In this document: positions 44,354 to 52,204 of the stretch, one piece after another
Numbering within the stretch: position 1 is the first letter of the stretch
How the letters are laid out: every line of letters starts with the position of its first letter
Assembly: GCA_051599415.1 (NCBI GenBank)
Contig: AP039698.1
Location: 434,001-498,000, forward strand
Direction: 5' to 3'
Source: Savitreella phatthalungensis
Lineage: Eukaryota
DNA: 64,000 bases
Position numbers and translations under genes: made by a program
The notes under the pieces: generated by a model
What the model was told of the DNA's origin: nothing
The model's database searches: none
Seen by the model: only the letters and a program-made list of their open reading frames with translations

Positions 44354-45409
44354 ATGTTCTTCAAGCTCATCAGCGATCCTGGCTGTAGATTGACGGTATC
44401 TACCGGACCCGACAAGAACTATGCAGCTATCGCTGAAGGGGCGCATTTCATGGTCATGTGTACTCCCGGGGAAGGAATGCGCCATGGCTACAAAGTCACG
44501 TTCGCTTTGGCCTATGACAGGTGTAACTCTTGGGAAAGGTGTACCTGTGTACCAGGAGACCCGCTCAACAAAGCTCGTCAAATAGAGACTGTCTCGGTTG
44601 GCTATCGTACATTCTCAGTGTCAGGCAAGTGGACCGATGCCGTCGGTGGCGGCCATCCTTCGAAGCCTATGGAAGAATTCTGGCTGCGCGACACAAAACC
44701 TCGAAAAGTGACCAAGCAGAAGTCTGGCCTCACAAACGTGGTCTTTATTGACCCGAAACTGCCGTGGCCGGACGTGACTACAAAAGTGGAGTCACCCTGT
44801 CTCTTCGACTCCTATGACAAGCACTACCCGCTCCACCCCGGAGAACAGCAGACCCGTGCAAAGGTCCATGTGAGCATCGTCGATGGCGATGCTGTGGTGA
44901 GCGTCGATGGTGATTCGGAAGATGTAGGTGTCATCTTCTGGACGCATCAGCCCGCGCCTCCGACACAGGGACGAACGCTGTTCACAGCGACAGTCACGTG
45001 TAACCCCGGGCCACCGTCATACGGGAAAGATCCATATGATCATGCATCTGCTTGTGACCAGCCGTTTTCCTACTCACGCGCGGATTATTTCTTTTATCGG
45101 GGTCCAGAGGCTCGCCTCGCGTCTATTGGTTGGTGGACCAAGCCTAAGCCTTGGGAAAGCATCGCTTTACGCTTTATTCCGGGAAAAATGAGGGACCTCA
45201 AGTGGTATGTTCGGGGGTTCGGCCGGCGTAGGGTCTGGCCAATTTTCGACCGCGCCAAGGCCCCCTCGGATTGCAAGACGTACCGAACGATAGCTTCTCA
45301 CTGGGCCACATACGATGACGCTCGGGATGCATGCTCAGAAGCAAGCACACTGCTTGAGCGACATCACTATGTGCAGAGTATGAGACGAGGGTTCCGAAAT
45401 GTCATTTGA
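44354..45409 (+). CDS. Orphan hypothetical protein (351 aa, Cys/Trp/Pro-rich), possibly with an upstream exon
   Basis: Long uninterrupted ORF; the frame is open back to 44261, next to a GCTGAC branch-site-like motif; no recognisable domain. Confidence 0.6.
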   Translation: MFFKLISDPGCRLTVSTGPDKNYAAIAEGAHFMVMCTPGEGMRHGYKVTFALAYDRCNSWERCTCVPGDPLNKARQIETVSVGYRTFSVSGKWTDAVGGGHPSKPMEEFWLRDTKPRKVTKQKSGLTNVVFIDPKLPWPDVTTKVESPCLFDSYDKHYPLHPGEQQTRAKVHVSIVDGDAVVSVDGDSEDVGVIFWTHQPAPPTQGRTLFTATVTCNPGPPSYGKDPYDHASACDQPFSYSRADYFFYRGPEARLASIGWWTKPKPWESIALRFIPGKMRDLKWYVRGFGRRRVWPIFDRAKAPSDCKTYRTIASHWATYDDARDACSEASTLLERHHYVQSMRRGFRNVI

Positions 45410-45985
45410 CACGGACTAGCCCGCGAGTCTACAGGTCAATGACAGTTGTGGCGAGTTTTGAGATTAGCTGCATTCCTTCACATATGGTTACGTACTGAGT
45501 GCGATGGAAAATAAGCCATTGGGAAAGTATCGATGAGCTCGTACCGGACGATGAAACACTATTTGTGTACAAAGGAGGTGGCTCAACAGCTGTATCGGAG
45601 GTGGATCATCAGCATTCCCCGGCTGTGACATGAGAGACCAATGTAACACTTTCCTAATCCGTCTCGCATCCATTAAGGCAAGTCATCGACCCACGCCTTC
45701 TTTCACAGACAACTTGAGCGACGCGAGCATGACAAGTCACGCATTTGTAGGAGCACACCTTCGAGAAGACCAGTCGTAGTTGAATACGCTATCATGCTAA
45801 GACCTCGAGAGCACTGTGTTGAACAGCAGAATCCTCAATTCCAAGTGAATGAGGCTGGTTTGGTCGTCGCCACCCAGTTGGGCGTGACTAGACCAGTCGT
45901 GCGAAGACTGGTATGGCAACTCAGCGTCTTTGTAGGATCGCGGCTTCCTTGAAGTTTTTCTAGTTCTTCTGCGAAGGATCCGCCT

Positions 45986-46363
45986 TCGGGCAGCTGGAAG
46001 CGCCAGCTTTTCAAGTTCACCATATTAAGAGCGGCTCAAAGCGCGTGCTGAGACTGCGGCACCCTCTGCTGGCCGACAGGCCAAACAAGCGCCTAATGGT
46101 GCTTGGCACCAGCCAGAACGCCCAAGTCGACTCGCTTCAGGCGAGTCAGTCGCGTACCTCGACTCTGTCGGCAAATCTTGATGGTGGTCACCCTGGGGTC
46201 GCTTCCGGTAGCGTCGCAGCCGGGCAGACCAGCACATCGAACCTGACAGGCGCGAACAACCGGGCTCCAACAGCATTTGTCGAATACTTCGATTATCAAC
46301 GCGTTGACGTTGGTCGGGCAGCTGGAAGCGCCAGCTTTTCAAGTTCTCCATATTAAGAGCGGC
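45986..46363. repeat. 50-bp direct repeat flanking the inverted insertion in unit 2
   Basis: TCGGGCAGCTGGAAGCGCCAGCTTTTCAAGTTC(A/T)CCATATTAAGAGCGGC at 45986-46035 and 46314-46363, 1 mismatch. Confidence 0.92.
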
Positions 46364-46655
46364 CGAGTTGAGCCGCAGTCTTAGCACGCGCTTTGACACA
46401 ACGTCATTGCGTTGATAATCGAAGTATTCGACAAAAGCTGTTGGAGCCCGGTTGTTCGCGCCTGTCAGGTTCGATGTGCTGGTCTGCCCGGCTGCGACGC
46501 TACCGGAAGCGACCTCAGGGTGACCACCATCAAGATTTGCCGACAGAGTCGAGGTACGCGACTGACTCGCCTGAAGCGAGTCGACTTGGGCGTTCTGGCT
46601 GGTGCCAAGCACCATTAGGCACTTGTTTGGCCTGTCGGCCAGCAGAGGGTGCCGC
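46056..46655. repeat. Long inverted repeat 2 (257-bp arms, 86-nt spacer)
   Basis: 46056-46312 is the reverse complement of 46399-46655 with ~5 mismatches; in addition 46036-46059 pairs with 46373-46396. Confidence 0.96.
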
Positions 46656-48600
46656 GCGCCGCGGCTTATCTCCACGACGTACTTGTCATGGAAGTTTGCA
46701 GTGTCCACAGCGGGGACATCTGCAAGGACAAAGTCTGAGAACCCTCGTAGCTGGATGGCTACATGGCGCGCGGACCCAGATCCGCGCAAATCGGCTCTCG
46801 CGCGCAGGAGGGCCGGGATGACCACGTCAATGCTCTGGTTGCTCGGCGGGTGTGCTTGATGGTTGCCATAAACAGGACGATGATCGCGTCTCCGGCATCC
46901 AGATATGGATGCTGAGGTGGAAAGGTGGCCACGTAATGTTGACGTATTCGTGTCTTATAAGTTGCTCAATTCTCTGGGCCAACATTCTCTGGCAGCCAAA
47001 TTAGTTGAATTATTACAAATGAACGTATAGGCTATTCTTCGAATACGAGGTACGTATGGCCTGCCTCAGGGCTGAGCAGCTAGAAGACATGTCAGAGCAA
47101 CGGAAAGAGCAGTGACAGCTGCTGTTCATCGATTGTCACAACGATCTCCGCGACTTCGTCGAGCGACAACGACACTCAACTCGGTGACGTTCCGGAAGCC
47201 CTTCGAGACTCGCGACAACTGACAATGCGCCTCAAAGCAGTCCTGATAGTGATGGTATGACTGGGGTGTCACACAAGCTCTGACAAAGTCGAAGGCATGT
47301 GAGGACTTGAGTGCCCTTGCGAGTGCTCGCTGCCCGACACTGCAACATCAAAGACGTGCCCGGAATATCAATGGCAAGCTTACACACGTGCCAGATATAA
47401 ATCCACACGTGCCAGCCTTCATAACTTAATTAAGTGACTCGATGCAGTGCTATATAACTTCTACATATACTCAAGCTTGCAAGTGTGTATAGATGTATTC
47501 GCAAGCCCATCCAGATAAAATTAGAGCCACGACAAAATATGCGCTTTCATAGTGGTTGGACTCAAAGACCGGTTGCTTGCAATGCGTTATCGCCCCGGCC
47601 CCAAATATGTCTATAAATAGTATCATTCAGGTATTTGCATATACTGTTGAAACATACAAAGAAGCGCGCCAGAGTCCAGAGTTCCAATGTTTCGATAATT
47701 GAGGTGGTCCGCTTGCGATTCTGGACTATCGTGTTTGGTAAGTGTGAGTCGCGTTGCATGCTTCGCTCAGTCTGCCGAATGTAGCAGCCCTTAACGACTG
47801 TTACAGCCAGACATTCTTGTACCGAGTCGCGACAACGAAGCCATCACCCATCATCCCCAGATTTTCGGCCGTGAAAAGAGCGATGACATGCCATTGATCT
47901 CGGCCCTTTGTAATCGCGTTTCGAGGACGCCAAGCTGGGTCGCAGGTATCGGTGAATTGTCTTCATGGGGGTCCTGCTCGGTGAGTGGCTGGATGTCCTA
48001 GCGGCTAGCTTCTTCGTCGGCAAGCCATCGAACGACCGGCTGGACACAAAGCAAAGAACCATCGATCTGTTTGACCCCCTTTTCAACAGACTTCTACGCT
48101 AGAAGGTATTGCAGGCCATGTGGCAGGCTAGGTGCTTGTGTGTTTTGGATCCGTGCATGTCTCAGATCTTCCAGTTTTCGCCGACATTTGCAGCGTATTT
48201 AGCTCCAGCGCTGCTCCGCATCTAGACTTAATGAGAATCGGCGGAATTTCGGCTGAATGCAGAAATCATGTAAAGAGAAAAGAAAGCGTCCCCACGTGCT
48301 CGTGGTTGAATAAGGGTTTAGCTAGTGCAACGGCGGTCACGCGGGTTCGCCGCGATATTCGACAACATGGAAAATAATGCCTTGTAGATAGAACGTATCT
48401 TTGCGAGAATTTTCTTGCCGGCGGCTGCTAGCGCATTTGACGAAGGTTGAGTACGCCCATGAATGATATTGAGTAGGAAATGGAGAGGACCTGTGCCTTT
48501 CCCGTTTTTCACCTAGAAGGGCCCAGTACAAGAAAACTCATTCATTAGCTACGAATGCTATTCTAAGCTACAAATGAGAACAACAAAATGAGTACTCCCT

Positions 48601-50030
48601 TGATTGCCATGTCAGCGAGAGCTCACTGACGCTTGCGGACCAGTTGGGCGTTGTCCAGCCGGGGGTAGTCAGGACTGCCGATATCTCTAACGGATTGTTA
48701 GAGGTCTTGAGTTAGGGCTTCGGTTTAGCCAAAATGTAGGTCAGAGCCTCATCATAGAGGTCGCGGTTGCTACTAGGCACCGCAAATGTCCACTTGAGAC
48801 TCTTGTTGATGGCTGCGGAGTCGAACCGTACGACTAGCGCGCCTCTCGTGACATTGGCGTTGCGCATATACGACTCCAAGTGCATGGTCGTCTGGGCGAC
48901 GCGGACGTTTGTCCTCTCTGCTGTGACGACTTTTCTTAGCTTGGAACTGACCCCAGCGGAGGCGGTACCCGGGTGACCCGCGTCAGCATGGGCGGAGTGC
49001 TCGCGCGAGCGCTCAATCGTTCAGTGCTCCTTCTCAGTAAGGTTGGACGACGAAGCTCAGCATGCAGCCACTGATTCTCTGAACGTCCTGCCTGAGCAGG
49101 TGTCTTTTGCCACGCTGGAATAGCAGAACCAGCTCGTCCTCGCTAGTCAGCGATTTGATTGCCGGGAGAATGATTTCGATGGACTCCGCCCACCGGCGGA
49201 GTCTTAGTTGGGCAAATCGCCCCGGTCGTTGCGCGAAGACGTCCGCGCGCGACACGAGGCGAATTGGCACGCTGACGTCGATCAGCGGTTCTCCAGTCGC
49301 TCTGCTTGTTGGGCTTTCGACGTCCAACCTTAGGGTTAGGGTTCGCCTCCGCTGGGGTCAGTTCCAAGCTAAGAAAAGTCGTCACAGCAGAGAGGACAAA
49401 CGTCCGCGTCGCCCAGACGACCATGCACTTGGAGTCGTATATGCGCAACGCCGCTCGCAAGCGGCGTGCCAATAAGCGTTGTAGCAGCGACAACAGAAAG
49501 CCAAAAGCCGTCACATCAAGCCAACGGAGAAGGAATAACGCGAAGCGCAACATATTGAGGTGAACAAGATGCGTGTTTGCTATTCATTGACAAATGCGCT
49601 TTTATATTCTATCAATGGTGGCCAACATAATTTGCCGGCTGGAAACGGGATTGAGTTATGACAATTGAGCTCCCATACACGACAATTAAGCCAATCGTTC
49701 TCCAGATCAAAGCAGTACAAAAGCATGCTAGAGCGATCCATATAGATGTCCACAGTGAATTCGGGCATGCGATAGTCTTCACAGCATCATTGAGCAGTGA
49801 TTACAGTGAGCTCGGTGACACTTCTGTGCCGGCTTGGGACTCGTGGCAGCAAGCAAACGCGCTGTAAAGCAGACGTATCGATATCAATATGACTAGACAA
49901 GGTGTCACGATAGTTCTGACTAAATCGAAGGCGTGTAAAGACTGCAAGTACTGTACGAGTGCTGGTCCGATGCTTGAGCATTGTAGACGTGCACAGTGGA
50001 TTTATGCCAAGCATATGCACGTGCCAGTAT
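48601..50030 (-). pseudogene. Unit 3 of the unrecognised family (stops/frameshifts, inverted insertion)
   Basis: IDVSVPIRLVSRAD...DELVLLFQRGKRHLL, SAHADAGHPGTASAGV, YMRNANVTRGALVVRFDSAAINKSLKWTFAVP and LTTPGWTTPNWSASVSELSLTW each align with unit 2; premature stops at 49034 and 48712. Confidence 0.72.
48856..49452. repeat. Long inverted repeat 3 (109-bp perfect arms, 379-nt spacer)
   Basis: 48856-48964 is the exact reverse complement of 49344-49452; an inner imperfect stem 49038-49067/49302-49332 and a weaker outer extension are also visible. Confidence 0.96.
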
Positions 50031-50206
50031 ACAGATATACGACGTCCAGATCAATTTATTTATGGCCTCGAATGAAGGATGAGATTTCCGCTTTCAGTAC
50101 GTGAGCTCAAGACTTCCACAACGCCGCGCACCGCTGAGCGTCTTGCAGGAAAGAAGATCTTTCTCGTCGCCCTTGAGACAAGTCAGGCTGCGCTCCTCAC
50201 TATACG

Positions 50207-52204
50207 ATGGTTAAAGAACTCGGAAAGCTCTTCGATTCAGCGGAGCAGGCGAACCGCTTTCTTGGAGAAGATCTTGCCTTTTGGTCGCGAACGCAGGCAA
50301 AACGTGCCAAGCAGCTTAGCCTTGCAACGCCTCCGAAATCAATTGCTTCTGTGATGACCTGGCCTGTGCGCGATCAGGCAGACAATGGGGAACGAATGCG
50401 AGAGCGTAATCGTCAACGTCAGCGTCAACGGAAACATCTTGCAAAGCGAAAGAATCGTGCATCACGTTCGCAGTCGACGTCAAACGCGGGCTCGTTCAGC
50501 TGTGAAGCTCGAATCGTGGCCACAGCTTTACGCCTTGCTCCGGCTCTCCATTCTGCCCCACTCATTGAGCTAAATGCCCGCGAGACTACTCACGCCCCTT
50601 GTGATGAGCTTGGACATTCCCAGTCGACACGAGGAGCACCTTCTGTCTGGGCGGACACGCGCCAAGAATTGTGCGAGGGGCTCCAGTATTTTCGCTCTTA
50701 CCATTCTGGTGCATATGGAAAGAACGGCTTCGTTTCGGGGTACCTGATCGATGGTCACAATGCCGACGGAGACAGAATTGGCGGTCGCATCATCATCAGC
50801 CATGCTGGCGGAAAATACTCAGCGGCCGAAGGCAAGCTTCACGCAGATCAGACTATCACAGACAGATCTGTGGCTGCGCTCATGAAGAATTTGACCCACG
50901 ATGTACCGCTTGTGCTCATTGCTGGAAACAGGTGGCCTTCGCGAGTTCAGCTCAACCATCGATACAATGTTCTTGGATGGTTCAGGGTCACGCACATATG
51001 GCCTGAGTGCCGATCGACAGGTACGGTTTTCAGAGTGCGATTTGAGACGCTCGATGCGGAGGTGGGCTGGTGGGCTCCCTCTGTTATGCGCGACCACATC
51101 CTGAATGGTCAGCTAGGGCAGTTCTTCTGCCATACTTGTGAGAGCGGGAGCCCTGTCCTCTACTCCCCTGCGACTTGCCTCAATCGCGACTGTTCGGCAT
51201 ACGCGACAGGTCAGTTGTCTCTCGACGCCGTGCATTGCCACTCTGGGAGAAAGCAAGCTGTTCCTCCGCATGGCCTCGAACCGAGGCATATCTGGCCCAT
51301 AAAAGGCTTTGGTACACGACGGGAGGACTGGCTGGCATTTCATTGCGACCGATGTGGTAAAATCAATTGCGTGATAGATTGGAACTCCAGACAATGCTCC
51401 AACTGCGATTCTCATCATCCAACATCTGGTCGCGTGGTCATTCCGCTGGACGTCGTCCTCGATCCGCACAGGCTTGTATACACAGGGATACCACTCATCA
51501 CTGATTTTTGTGCGCCCGAAATCAAACAACAGCGCCGAGAAATGCCTTCGCTTTGTATCGTTGAGTATGTTCTTCACGAATGCGGTCGTGTATACCATGT
51601 TCGAGCGTCTGAGAGTGCCAACACAGTAGCTGACGCGCTGTACTACGGCTATCAAGAGCAGAACGTGCCGATGCGCAGACGTATGCTGCGAAATTGCCGG
51701 TCGGACACTGGAATGCTCTGCCAGCAATTTCAGCACAATGCTGGCCATGCCTATAGGTTTTCCTGCCAGATTGACACGCAGCCCTTAGATGAATGCGCTC
51801 AAGTGGTACGCGACGCCCTAAGACTCATGCAATCACGCGTTGAATCGTGCGGTATCAGCGCAGAATTCAATCAGGTGCTCAGCATCGCTTACATGGAGCG
51901 GCAAAAGATGGACTTCCACGATGATGGAGAACGTGGAGTCGGGTCAGTGGTCGCCTCCATCTCACTGGGTGGATCTGCGGTGATGCGGTTCCGGGCCAAG
52001 AGGAAGCGAAGCAAACGAGGAGCCTGCGATGTACCAGAGGAGACGAGCGGTCGTGGTGACCTGCTGAAGCTCGACTTGATGCATGGAGATGTCTGCATCA
52101 TGGCGGGTCCGGCGTTACAGCGAGATTTCGAGCACTCCGTCATACCGTCCGGTTTATTTCGTCTAGCTGTGACAGCGCGTCTCATCGACCAGGAGAATGT
52201 CTAG
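50207..52204 (+). CDS. SRA/SAD-like + Zn-ribbon + AlkB-type 2OG-Fe(II) dioxygenase
   Basis: C-terminal AlkB motifs FNQVL..Y...KMDFHDDGE, ASISLG, LMHGD..IM.G..Q...EH, RLAVTAR; Cys pairs CHTC, CLNRDC, CDRC, CSNC; N-terminal WADTRQELCE..YFRSYHSGAY...HAGG...YNVLGWFRVTHIW. Confidence 0.85.
   Translation: MVKELGKLFDSAEQANRFLGEDLAFWSRTQAKRAKQLSLATPPKSIASVMTWPVRDQADNGERMRERNRQRQRQRKHLAKRKNRASRSQSTSNAGSFSCEARIVATALRLAPALHSAPLIELNARETTHAPCDELGHSQSTRGAPSVWADTRQELCEGLQYFRSYHSGAYGKNGFVSGYLIDGHNADGDRIGGRIIISHAGGKYSAAEGKLHADQTITDRSVAALMKNLTHDVPLVLIAGNRWPSRVQLNHRYNVLGWFRVTHIWPECRSTGTVFRVRFETLDAEVGWWAPSVMRDHILNGQLGQFFCHTCESGSPVLYSPATCLNRDCSAYATGQLSLDAVHCHSGRKQAVPPHGLEPRHIWPIKGFGTRREDWLAFHCDRCGKINCVIDWNSRQCSNCDSHHPTSGRVVIPLDVVLDPHRLVYTGIPLITDFCAPEIKQQRREMPSLCIVEYVLHECGRVYHVRASESANTVADALYYGYQEQNVPMRRRMLRNCRSDTGMLCQQFQHNAGHAYRFSCQIDTQPLDECAQVVRDALRLMQSRVESCGISAEFNQVLSIAYMERQKMDFHDDGERGVGSVVASISLGGSAVMRFRAKRKRSKRGACDVPEETSGRGDLLKLDLMHGDVCIMAGPALQRDFEHSVIPSGLFRLAVTARLIDQENV

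Larger units (their letters stand above)
45835..47410 (-). pseudogene. Unit 2 of the unrecognised family, interrupted by an inserted antisense copy of its own exon
   Basis: IDVVIPALLRARAD...RGARHPLLAD...YQRNDVVSKRVLRLRLNSAALNMENLKSWRFQLP [insertion] EGGSF...TTGLVTPNWVATTKPASFTWN*; the 5' part has stops and frameshifts. Confidence 0.75.

Noticed and set aside
46025..46825. 266-aa ORF as a real gene
   Set aside because: It has no ATG start and is a chimera: sense exon followed by the antisense copy created by the inverted duplication.
42828..49452. Inverted repeats as TIR transposons or MITEs
   Set aside because: The arms derive from the internal coding sequence of the local gene family, differ between the three loci, and no transposase or short target-site duplications were seen.
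48856..49452. Telomerase RNA (AACCCUAACCCUAA template directly after a long helix on the - strand)
   Set aside because: The helix and enclosed region are explained as pseudogene coding sequence, and no pseudoknot U/A tracts were recognised.
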